The notes under the pieces are model-generated. The model searched no databases. It saw nothing but the letters and a program-made list of their open reading frames with translations, and was not told the DNA's origin. The position numbers and the translations under genes were made by a program. A stretch of DNA of 64,000 nucleotides from Candidatus Woesearchaeota archaeon. Its GTDB lineage: Archaea > Nanobdellota > Nanobdellia > Woesearchaeales > JAZDKJ01. Of the stretch, positions 40,167-51,657 are shown in pieces (positions within the stretch are counted from its first letter, which is position 1; each line of letters begins with the position of its first letter). The DNA is taken from the NCBI GenBank assembly GCA_043803105.1, contig JAZDKJ010000008.1:106787-170786 (forward strand), read 5' to 3'.

Positions 40167-40532
40167 TTATTTTTTTTTCTTGTACCAACCTAAGGCAAAG
40201 AGGATTCCTATAAGAAAGGCTGGCCCGGCAATGGTTACAGACCATGAAAGCATGTACCATTCAAACTGGGGATTCATGAGCAACATGACAATGTAGAAGA
40301 GACCTGCCAGCATAAAAGCAATTGCTCCCACAATCTCATACTTCCAGGAAACGATAAGGATAGCGAGCAGGAACAAGGTCGGAATATTGTGCATAAACAA
40401 TCCAAGCACAATTTGCCAGAAGCTCAATCCTGGAGAAAAAACATCCAATGAGAACATTGCCAGAAATAGAATAAATACTATTGACAAGATTCTTGGGGTC
40501 CAGTAAAGGTATTTGCTGACTTTAGGCTTCAT
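40167..40532 (-). CDS. Four-TM membrane protein
   Basis: WTPRILSI...FSLDVF...MHNIP; hydrophobic. Confidence 0.75.
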   Translation of the reverse strand: MKPKVSKYLYWTPRILSIVFILFLAMFSLDVFSPGLSFWQIVLGLFMHNIPTLFLLAILIVSWKYEIVGAIAFMLAGLFYIVMLLMNPQFEWYMLSWSVTIAGPAFLIGILFALGWYKKKK

Positions 40533-40624
40533 ACATGCGTATTGCAGGGCTGGGTTTAAATAAATTGTTATTTGTTGGTTGCGTACACAAAATAATATAA
40601 GTTACACCTCATTTCTCCAAGAAC

Positions 40625-40954
40625 ATGGAAAATATCTATATGACTGTAAAAAGCGCCCTGGAGGCAAGAGATGGATTATTGTACAAATCGATTGTCTCAG
40701 GGCAGGATTTTCTGCATTATGATGCTGAATGCCTGCTTCAATACATAGCCGAACAAATATTACGGAATGGGAAAAAATATGTTGTGTTCAGAAATAATAT
40801 CCCTTCCGAGGAAACAGCATTAAGAGAGACTCTTGACGACTTAGTTCGTGGCCACAATATGGCACTGAAATTGGGATGTAAAGGAGAGGTTAAGGGACGA
40901 AAAGAGGCAAGAAGAGTCCTAAAAATGGCATCTTGTTACAAACACAAGGTCTGA
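40625..40954 (+). CDS. Hypothetical protein
   Basis: 109-aa ORF, TATA-like upstream. Confidence 0.5.
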   Translation: MENIYMTVKSALEARDGLLYKSIVSGQDFLHYDAECLLQYIAEQILRNGKKYVVFRNNIPSEETALRETLDDLVRGHNMALKLGCKGEVKGRKEARRVLKMASCYKHKV

Positions 40955-40981
40955 TTATTTTTCTCGAAGGTTATGGCACAA

Positions 40982-41794
40982 TCATAACTTTGATAACAGC
41001 ACCTTTCCAAGTTCAGGAGTAGAGGCAGCAATAATAGAATACATTGCATCAAAATCGTATTTTACTCTGTCTAACGGATTTGCGTTTAAATCTGTCAAGA
41101 AACCCCCTGCTTCTTTGATCAACAAATAGCCTGCTCCAAGCTCATGGGCTTTTTGTGAAGGACTTAGATAAGCGTCAAATAAACCACTACTCACTCCGGC
41201 CAAATGCAAAGCTGCAGAGCCAAAATCCTTTACCCAGGAATCCGGATAAATTTTTAGCAATTTTGAAATTTCGCCAGCACCTGCATAGTGATCAATAATC
41301 ACTAATGTTCTCCTATCAAGATTTTTTCTGCCAGATGTGGTTACTCTCAAACCATTCAAATAGCATCCGCCATCTCTTACTGCATGCCATAAATTTTTGG
41401 AATTATGCTCTATTATGCCACCTACCAGCGCATCTTCGAACTTTGGTTCAAGCGAATCAAATATAGTAACAACCGTGCAGTATGGCAGCATGCCCCTACC
41501 TCGGTGATAATTATCTGTTCCATCTATGTCATCAAAGGTAATTGTGTATTTGGGGTTTTTAGTAAGTTCGATGCGTCCAGACTCTTCGCTGTAAAGCACC
41601 GCCGGAATTCTTTGTTCTTCAAGAAATCTTGCTAAGGTTTTAGAAACAGCCATATCCCCTTTGGTGGAGATATCTGTAACATGTGCATCATGGACTTCAT
41701 TGATACCTTGGTCACTAAGGGCTTCCAATACGGAATGTGCTTTTTGCAAACCATTTTTGCAAAGTTGCGTCAATTGTTCAGTATTCCAATCCAT
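40982..41794 (-). CDS. Inositol monophosphatase/FBPase family protein
   Basis: SEE, DDIDGTDNY, GSAAL, KEAGG; canonical DP and WD motifs altered. Confidence 0.85.
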   Translation of the reverse strand: MDWNTEQLTQLCKNGLQKAHSVLEALSDQGINEVHDAHVTDISTKGDMAVSKTLARFLEEQRIPAVLYSEESGRIELTKNPKYTITFDDIDGTDNYHRGRGMLPYCTVVTIFDSLEPKFEDALVGGIIEHNSKNLWHAVRDGGCYLNGLRVTTSGRKNLDRRTLVIIDHYAGAGEISKLLKIYPDSWVKDFGSAALHLAGVSSGLFDAYLSPSQKAHELGAGYLLIKEAGGFLTDLNANPLDRVKYDFDAMYSIIAASTPELGKVLLSKL

Positions 41795-41901
41795 AACCTA
41801 AAAGAATTCAATAAACTACTTAAGTCTTTTCCGAACCCGTTTATTGCTTCAAAAGAGCGACAGTAATACTTTAAAAACAAGAATATAATGGCAAATAAAG
41901 A

Positions 41902-42168
41902 TTACATCTCCAAATAGAAAGTTTTCTGATCCTTAGAAGTAATTTTTATGCCTTGAAATAGATGTTCATAAGGCTTTCCGCTCTCCAACTTTACCGAAAA
42001 CATGCCATCCTTAATGAATCGTCCTGTCCAATATCGAAGTTCGTTTCCAGAAAGTTCAATACTGAGGTACTTAATGATTAATCGATTTGTTCCGTTCCTG
42101 TTACCACTCTGGCTAGAGATAAATGTTATGCTATGCTTTCCATCAACTAGTTCATAGGTATTAGCCAT
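41902..42168 (-). CDS. Hypothetical protein
   Basis: 88 aa with AGGTGA SD. Confidence 0.5.
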   Translation of the reverse strand: MANTYELVDGKHSITFISSQSGNRNGTNRLIIKYLSIELSGNELRYWTGRFIKDGMFSVKLESGKPYEHLFQGIKITSKDQKTFYLEM

Positions 42169-42300
42169 TTATATCACCTTTGCTTATCACATGAGTATCA
42201 TAATTAAATCTTTCTATTCTAAGGCTGGCGTCAAATTCTTAGGGTCTTTGAGAGCCAAACCTAGAAAGGTTTTTAAAACAAAGCACTTTTGCAGTCCCAA

Positions 42301-42402
42301 ATGAAAAGAAGCTCGAGACGCTGGAAGAAGAAGCGGCAGATGCGCTGGAAATGGCAGAGAAAGCGCATGAATAAAGAGAAAAGGCGAAGGGCAGCCAAGT
42401 AG
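42301..42402 (+). CDS. rpl41e: Ribosomal protein eL41 (L41e)
   Basis: Manual translation MKRSSRRWKKKRQMRWKWQRKRMNKEKRRRAAK; 33 aa, below the ORF-track cutoff. Confidence 0.9.
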   Translation: MKRSSRRWKKKRQMRWKWQRKRMNKEKRRRAAK

Positions 42403-42471
42403 ACCTAGTTTCTAGAACAATTGCATTGCACATCAGAAATACTTTTAAAAGCTGGAGGAACAACATCTGGA

Positions 42472-43023
42472 ATGAACACCGAACAAATAAACAGGACATT
42501 AGAAGAAGAATTTAGAGCACGAAACAGCGGCAACGGACGATTTTTCATGCCTGAGCAAATCTTTTGTAGGGCATACTTCACCATATCACCACAAGAAAAA
42601 CCAGTGAAACTGGACACAGGGATATGCGGCCTTGTGCAAATAGTTGATGGTTCAAAATCAAACAGAAAAACGAACAACCAATGCAATCTGCTGGTTATAC
42701 AGCAACAATATGCACCTATAACAGACAGGTTTGTCGGGACTGACTTTGATATCGAGCGGTATTCAAGCAACTGGCACAAGCAGCTCGGAGCAGCTGAATG
42801 CGTGCTGGCAATATGGCCAGGAAAAGAGTTAAGAACTCATGGGAATCTGCTGGTGAGGACCGACAAAAACCAGGTGACCGACGTTGCAGCAAACTTCACA
42901 ACAAAGCAATTGTGCGGAAAGGGTTGCGAGGATGATATCAATGCACTACCTGGAATGCCCATACACTATGCAATCCCTGCAGTTGTTGAGATCTATCTGA
43001 AATGTGTCAATGGGCATAAGTGA
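42472..43023 (+). CDS. Hypothetical protein
   Basis: ORF with GGAGG upstream of ATG 42472. Confidence 0.55.
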   Translation: MNTEQINRTLEEEFRARNSGNGRFFMPEQIFCRAYFTISPQEKPVKLDTGICGLVQIVDGSKSNRKTNNQCNLLVIQQQYAPITDRFVGTDFDIERYSSNWHKQLGAAECVLAIWPGKELRTHGNLLVRTDKNQVTDVAANFTTKQLCGKGCEDDINALPGMPIHYAIPAVVEIYLKCVNGHK

Positions 43024-43172
43024 AACTGATTAAATCATAAAATCTAATGTTTTTTCTTCCGCAAAATTTATTAAGTTGAGGCACTATTTTGTACGTAAAC
43101 GGACAGGGAATTTAGTGATTTCTTGGTTGTTGAGATATTTAAAGTGCTTTCACACGGTATTTCCCCGATAGA

Positions 43173-43180
43173 TTTATAAA
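43173..43180 (+). promoter_or_regulatory. Probable rRNA operon TATA box
   Basis: TTTATAAA ~140 nt upstream of 16S, ahead of the processing stem. Confidence 0.55.
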
Positions 43181-43262
43181 TAACCCATAAATCCAAAGTG
43201 ATGCTTCGAAATCGCCTCCATTTTTCTTGTCAACGTGACTACTCAAATCGAATTTGAGTACG

Positions 43263-43290
43263 AGAGAGTAACTCTGAATTGTGCTTGAGA
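43263..43290 (+). other. 5' strand of the 16S pre-rRNA processing stem (partner 45806-45830)
   Basis: GAGAGTAACTCTGAATT..CTTGAGA pairs with TCTCAAG..AGTTTAGGGTTACTCTC. Confidence 0.8.
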
Positions 43291-44043
43291 GCCAATTTCC
43301 AATTGCGACCGAAAAATAATACCCGTTGATCCTGCGGGAGGTTGCTGCTATTAGGGTTCGACTAAGCCATGCAAGTCCTGGCCTCGCAAGAGACCGGCAA
43401 ACTGCTCAGTAACACGTTGATAACCTACCTTAAGGTTCGGGATAACCTTGGAAAACTGAGGACAACACCGGATATGGGTTAAATTCTGGAACGATTTTAC
43501 CTTGAAACGCAAGGCCTTAAGATGGGTCAGCGGCGGATTAGGTAGTTGGTGGGGTAACGGCCCACCAAGCCGAAGATCCGTAGGGGCCATGAAAGTGGGA
43601 GCCCCGAGAAGGACACTGAGATACAGGTCCTAGCCCCACGGGGTGCAGCAGGCGCGAAAATTCTACAATGCACGAAAGTGTGATAGAGGAACCCTAAGTG
43701 CTTTACTTTGTAAGGCTTTTGCCAAGTGTAAAAAGCTTGGCGAATAAGTGGTGGGCAAGACTGGTGCCAGCCGCCGCGGTAACACCAGCGCCACTAGTGG
43801 GAGCCACATTTATTTGGCCTAAAGCGTTCGTAGCCGGTTCAGTAAATCCTTTGTGAAATCATTGCGCTTAACGCAATGGCTGGCGAAGGACACTTCTGAA
43901 CTAGGAACCGGGAGGAGTCAGAGGTATGGGTAGGGGAGCGGTAAAATGCTATAATCCTGCTTAGACCACCTGTGGCGTAGGCGTCTGACTAGAACGGATT
44001 CGACGGTGAGGGACGAAAGCTAGGGGAGCGATCCGGATTAGAT

Positions 44044-44195
44044 ACAGCTTTTTTTGGTCGAGCGAACCTCGACACAAAAAAACCTGGGAAAATGTATACA
44101 CTCAAGTGCCATCTTCGATGGCACGGACTAGTAGATCGCAAAAATCTGCTGCTAGTCGAGAAAACCAGGTTCATCATCATAAAAAGCTGCTAATG
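44044..44195 (+). other. BHB intron in 16S (~E. coli 793), 152 nt, no ORF
   Basis: Splits GGATTAGAT|ACCCG; TTAG/CTAA helix with ATA and TGA bulges, CAGC/GCTG closing stem. Confidence 0.9.
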
Positions 44196-44282
44196 ACCCG
44201 AGTAGTCCTAGCTGTAAACGCTGTGAGTTAGGTGTTGCGTATTCCTCGTGAATACGCAGTGTCGTAGTGAAGACGTTAAACT

Positions 44283-44314
<32 letters not shown>

Positions 44315-44347
44315 TGCTGAAGAGCGGAAAGTTTCTTCGGACAGTAT
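44315..44347 (+). other. BHB intron in 16S (~E. coli 908), 33 nt
   Basis: Splits GACTGAA|ACTTAAAGG; ACTG/CAGT helix. Confidence 0.9.
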
Positions 44348-44512
44348 ACTTAAAGGAATTGGCGGGGGAGCACTACAAGGGGTGCGGCGTGCGGTTTAAT
44401 CTAACTCAACGCAGAGAATCTCACCAGGAGCGACGGCAGAATGAAAGTCAGTCTTAAGGGCTTACTTGACGAGCCGAGAGGTAGTGCATGGCCGTCGTCA
44501 GCTCGTGCCGTG

Positions 44513-44540
44513 TAACTTTTGGAACACAAAAGTTCGGCAA
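44513..44540 (+). other. BHB intron in 16S (~E. coli 1079), 28 nt
   Basis: Splits GCCGTG|AGGTGTC; GCCG/CGGC helix, AACTTTT/AAAAGTT stem. Confidence 0.9.
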
Positions 44541-44837
44541 AGGTGTCCTGTTAAGTCAGGCAACGAGCGAGACCTGTGCTCATACTTGCCAGCAACTCAG
44601 CAATGAGGATTGGGTACATTATGAGAACTGCCCTGGAAACAGGGAGGAAGGCGCAGGCTACGGTAGGTCTGTATGCTCCGAATCTTCTGGGCAACACGCG
44701 CGCAACAATGGTAGGGACAATGGGATACAACTCCGAAAGGAGAAGTTAAACCTCTAAACCCTACCCTAGTACAGATCGAGGATTGTAACTCATCCTCGTG
44801 ACGCTGGAATCCCTAGTAATCGGGTGTTATCATCGCC

Positions 44838-45662
<825 letters not shown>

Positions 45663-45750
45663 GCCCGTCAAACCACTCGAGCAGGGTTTAGGTGAGCATC
45701 AATTTTTTGATTGCTGCGAATCTAAGCCCAGTGAGATGGGTTAAGTCGTC

Positions 45751-45793
<43 letters not shown>

Positions 45794-45844
45794 TTTTTAT
45801 TATTGTCTCAAGAAGTTTAGGGTTACTCTCTTTTCATTATCACA

Positions 45845-45992
45845 GGGCCCGTAGCTCAGCGGTACTTTTCGCGCGAAAGAGCACCGCCCCTGCACACGCT
45901 GGAACCCAGTTCTGCTGGGTCCAAACCGGCGTTTGGACAGGCGGTGGCCTCGGGTTCAAACAGCAGATTGCTGGAAAATCCCGACGGGTCCA
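45845..45992 (+). tRNA. tRNA-Ala(TGC) with three introns (~45864-45877, 45895-45938, 45961-45978)
   Basis: GGGCCCG/CGGGTCC stem with G3-U70; located in the 16S-23S spacer. Confidence 0.92.
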
Positions 45993-48051
45993 TTCAAACT
46001 CACACACAAATGAGAAACAAAGTCCACATGTGAAACATGCGGACTGGCTGGCTTAGATTTAACAATCAATGATGCCGTGCACTGTAAACAATTGGAAATC
46101 AAAGCTATTAGGTGGATGACTTGGTTCTGAACGCTGATGAAGGATGTGACAAGCAGCATTATGCTCCGGCGAACCGCATGTAGGTTTTGAACCGGAGATT
46201 TCCGAATCTGACTTCAGCATAGAATCCGTAAGGATGGGGAACGCAGGGAATTGAAACATCTTAGTACCTGCAGGAAAAGAAATCAATCGAGATGCCGTTA
46301 TTATCAGCGAGAGAAAGCGGCGTAAGGCAAACTGAATCCCGCCAGGTAACTGGAGGGAGATGTGGTGTTATAAGACCACTGGTATTCCAAGCTGGGGAAC
46401 TCGAAGTTCCTTGGAACAGGACGCTGTAGAGGGTGACAGCCCCGTACAGGCAACTCAGCTGGATTAAGGTGGTATCTTGAGTACTGTTTACTTGATACTA
46501 AACAGGAATTTGGGAGTCATCAACTTCCAACCTTAAATACGTTCAGAGTCCGATAGCGCACAAGTACCGTGAGGGAAAGTTGAAAAGAACCCTTGACAGG
46601 GAGTTAAAAGATCCTGAAACCTAATAGCGATAGTGGGGTACTGCTCTTAGGAGTTGTACCGTGCGTTTTGAATAACGTACCAGGGAGTTTATTTATGTGG
46701 CGAGGATAAGTCTAACGACGGATCCAAAGCGAAAGCAACAAGCTCGCAAGCAATCAGGAGCGCCGTATGAAAGTGCGGGGAGTCACATGAATATGACCCG
46801 AAGCCAGATGAACTAGCCGTGGGTAAGGTGAAGCGCGGGTAAAACTGCGTGGAGGCCTGCAGAGGTTCTACGAGCAAGTGTTCTTCTAACCTGTGGCTAG
46901 GGGTGAAAAGCCAATCGAATCTGGTGATAGCTGGTTCCTGCCGAAGTTGGCCGCAGTCAAGCCTCAGATGAGGGTGCGGTATTTGTAGAGGTACGGATTA
47001 GGGATTTAGGGCTCGAAAGGGCTCGGTCTCTCGTCCAACTCCAAATGATACCGCCCCGTAGACGCTGAGAGACGGGGGTCCGGGGTAAGCTTGGATCCCG
47101 AAAGGGGAACAACCCAGACTGCAGTTAAGGCCCCAAAATACTGACTAAGTGTGAAAGGGTGAAGAGTGTCCTAAGCCTAAGACAGCGAGGAGGTTGGCTC
47201 AGAAGCAGCCACCCTTTAAAAAGTGCGTAACAGCTTACTCGTCAAGGTTTAGGGCCTTGAAGATGGACGGGACTAAGTCAGTTGCCGATACTGCAGACAT
47301 TCTTCGGAATTGTGATAGGCAGGCGTTCTGTTTGGGAAGAATCATTTCCACAAGGAGATGAGGACCGAACAGAAATGAAAATCCTGGTAAAAGTAGGAAC
47401 AGAGTAGAGTAAGAACCTCTACCGCCGAAAGGGCAAGGGTTCCTTGACAATGCAGATCAGTCAAGGGTTAGTTGATCCTAACTAATTTCCTAATAGGAAA
47501 CCATGAGGAAAGGGAAACCGGTTAATATTCCGGTACTGTCCGAGTATGCGCGGCAACGCAAGCCATGTTTCCGACGCTTCCGGTTAGGCCAACACAGCTC
47601 GTCTGCTGTGCTAACCAACATATATCAAGGGAGTATTGTCATGATGAGAACTTGATAAAAGGAGGGAATGGTCTCTCGTATGAGGGATTTGGTCGAGACC
47701 AGGAGCCCGTGAAAAGGGAATGTGGAAAAATCTTGGATAATCATACCCAGAACCAGCACAGGTGCCCCTAGGTAAGTAGCCTAAGGCGTGAAGGTGTAAT
47801 CTAACTGAGGGAACTCGGCAAATTAGCCCCGTGCCTTCGGTATAAGGGGTCCCTGCCACGGTGTCTGTATAGATGCCATGACAGGGCGCAGTAACAAGGT
47901 AGGTCCGACTGTTTAACAAAAACGTAACTGTCTGCCAGCCCGCAAGGGTGAGTATAGGCGGTGACGTCTGCCCAGTGCCAGTACTTGAAATTTGGGTTCA
48001 ACCAATATAAGAGCTGGTAAACGGCGGGAGTAACTATAACTCTCTTAAGGT

Positions 48052-48342
48052 AAGCACAAAGTTGCCTTAACAAAATTTGGCTAAATGCTGGAAAGTCTTG
48101 TAGAAGCAGAATAGGATAACATTGTGGCAACATAATGTCGAACCCTGAAAATTTCTGTGGAAAGACAATCAGCAGGAAAGATTTCTCAAATCGAGAAAAA
48201 TCCTCAGAGACTATACGCCAAACGCTTCCGATGGGAGCGAAGATATAGTCCGACCCTACAAGCGATTGTAGGAGACGCAGCAGAAATGTGCGTCCGCCAT
48301 TTAAAATGGTCAGTACCTGAAAACAGGGAAGCAACAGACGTG
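48052..48342 (+). ncRNA. Group I (IB-like) intron in 23S at ~E. coli 1931, 291 nt, no ORF
   Basis: Splits CTTAAGGT|AGCGAAAT; P1 TTAAGGT/GCCTTAA with U-G pair; P AAATGCTGGAA, Q AATCAGCAGG, R TCAGAGACTA, S AAGATATAGTC; terminal G. Confidence 0.93.
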
Positions 48343-48672
48343 AGCGAAATGCCTTGTCGTTTGAATGACGACCCGCATGAAGGGCGTAACGAGATCTACA
48401 CTGTCCCCAGTTAGAATCCTCCGAAAACTCTTTTCCGGTGCAAAAGCCGGAGATTTCCAGTGGGAAGTGAAGACCCCGTGAAACTTTACTGTAGCCTGTA
48501 GCTGTGATACGAGTTTTGCTGTATAGCGTAAGTGGGAGTCGCCAAAGCTGAGACGCCAGTCTTAGTGTAGACGAAAGTGTAACACCACTCTGTGGAACTT
48601 GTATTGCTTACTTGGAAACAAAGACAACTACTGGTGGACAGTTTGGCTGGGGTGGCACCCTGTTGAAAAGAT

Positions 48673-48715
48673 AACTAGGTCTCACTTCTCAACAGCAGTG
48701 AGACCCAGACTTTAG
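48673..48715 (+). other. BHB intron in 23S (~E. coli 2272), 43 nt
   Basis: AAAG/CTTT helix, ATA and AGA bulges; removal restores CCCTGTTG-AAAAGATAT-CAACAGGG. Confidence 0.85.
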
Positions 48716-48921
48716 ATCAACAGGGCCCAACGGTTGGCTCAACCCGGTCAGAAATCGGGTGTGGAGTGCAAGAGCAAAAGCCAGCCTGATTGGATTTTGA
48801 CCAATAAAAAATCCAAACGCGAAAGCGTGGTCTAGCGAACCTCAATGCCTCCTTGATTGGGGCTTGAGATGACAGAAAAGTTACTCCGGGGATAACAGAG
48901 TTGTCGCGCCCGAGAGCTCAC

Positions 48922-48946
48922 ATGCGCCATTAAAGCGCACGAGCAG
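48922..48946 (+). other. BHB intron in 23S (~E. coli 2477), 25 nt
   Basis: GCTC/GAGC helix, TGCGC/GCGCA stem; removal restores GAGCTCACATCGACGG. Confidence 0.85.
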
Positions 48947-49440
48947 ATCGACGGCGCGGCTTGCTACATCGATGTCGGCTCTTCCTATCCTGGCCGTGCA
49001 GCAGCGGCCAAGGGTGGGGGTGTTCACCCATTAAAAGGGATCGTGAGCTGGGTTCAGAACGCTGTGAGGCAGTTTGTTTGATATCTACTGGATGTGTTGC
49101 GTGTCTGAGGGGAAGGACCACTTAGTACGAGAGGAACGGTGGCTCGACGCCTCTGGTCTAACGGTTATCCGGCAGGGTACGCCGTGCAGCTACGCGTTAC
49201 GGGGATAAGTGCTGAAAGCATCTAAGCACGAAGCCCTCCTCGAAAAGAGACACGAGGACTCCCATAGAAGATGGGGTTGATGGGACGGGGATGTACGCAC
49301 CAAGCTTCGGCGAGGTGTTCAGTCCGCCGTTACCAATTGTCCGTACTACACAGTCTAGTCTTTTCGCGACGTCTTTGCTTCCTCTGTACGGTCTTCCTTG
49401 ATACTTTTCTTATCATCGAAGACGAACTAGCGAGAGCGTT

Positions 49441-49542
49441 GCTGTGTTGCCTTGGAGCAAAATCAGATTTTGACCCGATTCATGCAGGGTCAAAATCGCA
49501 ATATCTCGGACCGGAGGGAGAACAAAATCTCCGCAACACAGC
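49441..49542 (+). repeat. ~100-nt palindromic repeat, copy A
   Basis: 53-bp core 49450-49502 is the exact reverse complement of 52716-52768; terminal stem GCTGTGTTGC/GCAACACAGC. Confidence 0.9.
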
Positions 49543-49666
49543 AGGAAAAGGATTTCTATGAGAACTAATAATTCTTCTATTCTTCTCGAAAAATATTTCT
49601 TAGAACTAAAAAATCTCCAAACTGCCTCACAGAACGTTAATTAAGGAGAAACGCAGCTCACAATCC

Positions 49667-50077
49667 ATGGGTCGCGACTTCAAGAAGCTGGAGATCTGGA
49701 CGCAGGCGTACAACCTCGTCATGGACATCTATCCGCTGCTGGAATCGTATCCGGAGTACGAGCACCGGAACATCGTCGACCAGATCCGGCGCGCAGTCAC
49801 GAGCTTGCCGATGAACATCGCCGAAGGCGCTGGCTCGCACTCGAACAAAGTCTTCTTGACCTATCTCGGCTACGCCTACAAGTCTGCGAAGGAATTGGAC
49901 GTTTTGCTTCTCCTCTCGCGGGATCTCGGCTATCTCGCCGAGGACGTCTACGACTTCCTCCAGAAGAAGCTCGAGGAGTTCAAAGCGAGATTGTACAAGT
50001 TCATGATGAAGGTCGAGCAGGAAGTTGTCGAAGGACAGCAATCGAAAGCTAAAAATCTTTATAAACACGCGTTCTAA
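49667..50077 (+). CDS. Four-helix bundle protein (23S rRNA intervening-sequence protein family)
   Basis: FKKLEIW, DQIRRAVTSLPMNIAEG, F..YL..A..S..E. Confidence 0.92.
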   Translation: MGRDFKKLEIWTQAYNLVMDIYPLLESYPEYEHRNIVDQIRRAVTSLPMNIAEGAGSHSNKVFLTYLGYAYKSAKELDVLLLLSRDLGYLAEDVYDFLQKKLEEFKARLYKFMMKVEQEVVEGQQSKAKNLYKHAF

Positions 50078-50121
50078 AATTGCTCCTGATGTTTTACGAG
50101 AACAGTTCGAGGTTGCCATAG

Positions 50122-51606
50122 ATGGAGCTCGACGAAGCGATGCAGATACTTGTCAATCTCGGCTTGCCGGAGGCCTACGACCCGAAGAGTTGGCATTGGG
50201 TCGTCGATGAGAAGACGGGGTGGTTCGTCCATAAACATCGGCCTGGGAATGTAGAGATGGAGCACATCCGTTTCATCCGTGAGAAGCTCTCTTCCGAGGA
50301 ACGAAATAAACTTGATGAAGCGCTTTTCGTTCTAGTCCATGAGTGGCGAGATATCAAGCACGATGATTATCGGCGTGCAGTCGGCGCGATAGAACTCTTC
50401 TTTGGTCAACGTGGTGAACCAACATTCATCAAAAACGATGAGAACCAATTGATTGAGGTCGTAATGAAAAAAGTCATCGACATAAATCTTCCCGGCACAG
50501 GCATACAAGGATTGCTTATATTGGAAGATGGCGGTGTGTTTTCTCGTTACGCAATAGCTCGTGGTGAGATACGAATATCCGCACTCAAGATTGCTTTGAA
50601 CAGGGGGTTGGGCGGTCATTTCAATGTCATAGGACGTTCAGTTATGGGATTGAACTATGATCACGAGAAAACGACCGATTACGGAAAGATTGTATCTAAA
50701 GTTTCCGACGCGATGTACTCGACAGGCTTAGTGGTGGTTTTTGATACTGACATAGTTTTACGTCATATGCTTGAATATGGGGGGAGAATAAACATTATGA
50801 ATTTGTATCCTCCCAGCGATGACCACTATAATCTTTACCCCTCCACGTGGAAAGAATTGGATTATGCATGCGATAATGGAGGTTATGATGTTCGTTATGA
50901 CACGGAGGTGATGTATAGATTACCTGTTGAATCATTTAAAGGAATAGTTCTGAGCATGGGGAAGCTCATGATTCCACCCGGGCAATTACCTAAAGTTGAA
51001 CAAATAGACAGATTGTTTCGATTGATTATCGAAGATTTCAAACCATGTTGTACTCTCATAAGTGCCATGATACAGGATTACGAGCGACTAGGTAAACAAA
51101 TCAAGAATGGTCCATCACGCTATGAATTCTACGATCACCATGTGACCGAAGAAGACTCAATCAGGTTTATGTTCTATGAATCTGTTTCTAAATCAATACA
51201 CGAATATTTTCTAACGTTTCAATATTATCCTGATTGGTTTCCAGGTGTCGTGGAAAGAAGGAGGCTCTCTTATGAAAAGCTGGAGGAGTACTTGGTGGCC
51301 AACAATAACCTCCGAAAAGAATATAATATTTACAAGCTTGTCAAGCAATTCAACGCGCTAGAATTAGAGCTGTATAATAATCGCATTCTCCGATCGGGCC
51401 CCGGAAGAATAGACTCCGTATTAACGGATGACATAACTGCCGAGGATGATCCGGAGATCGTGAATTTTTGGCTGCAAAAAATGGTCTCCGCCATGCTCGA
51501 TAATGCGAAAGGCAATCTAAAAAAAATATTCCCTATCTACGATATAAACGGCAACTTGCTCTGGCCGAAGCGCATACCCTATGAAGAGATTCGCCATCAA
51601 AAATGA
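50122..51606 (+). CDS. Hypothetical protein
   Basis: 494-aa ORF, more AT-rich than its neighbours. Confidence 0.65.
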   Translation: MELDEAMQILVNLGLPEAYDPKSWHWVVDEKTGWFVHKHRPGNVEMEHIRFIREKLSSEERNKLDEALFVLVHEWRDIKHDDYRRAVGAIELFFGQRGEPTFIKNDENQLIEVVMKKVIDINLPGTGIQGLLILEDGGVFSRYAIARGEIRISALKIALNRGLGGHFNVIGRSVMGLNYDHEKTTDYGKIVSKVSDAMYSTGLVVVFDTDIVLRHMLEYGGRINIMNLYPPSDDHYNLYPSTWKELDYACDNGGYDVRYDTEVMYRLPVESFKGIVLSMGKLMIPPGQLPKVEQIDRLFRLIIEDFKPCCTLISAMIQDYERLGKQIKNGPSRYEFYDHHVTEEDSIRFMFYESVSKSIHEYFLTFQYYPDWFPGVVERRRLSYEKLEEYLVANNNLRKEYNIYKLVKQFNALELELYNNRILRSGPGRIDSVLTDDITAEDDPEIVNFWLQKMVSAMLDNAKGNLKKIFPIYDINGNLLWPKRIPYEEIRHQK

Positions 51607-51657
51607 AGGGCTCGTTGACTGCTATATTTTTAAAGGAACACTCGTTCTTTTTTTGTC

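Larger units (their letters stand above)
46100..49345 (+). rRNA. rrl: 23S rRNA (archaeal) with three introns; ends approximate
   Basis: GGTGGATGACTTGG, GAAACATCTTAGTACC, GGGGATAACAG, AGTACGAGAGGAAC sarcin-ricin loop, GAAAGCATCTAAG. Confidence 0.97.

Noticed and set aside
49346-49660. 5S rRNA after 23S
   Set aside because: No 5S consensus found; unlinked 5S is common in these archaea and the region may be a junction.
49667-50077. Avd of a diversity-generating retroelement
   Set aside because: No reverse transcriptase or TR/VR pair seen in the window; motifs fit the IVP family.
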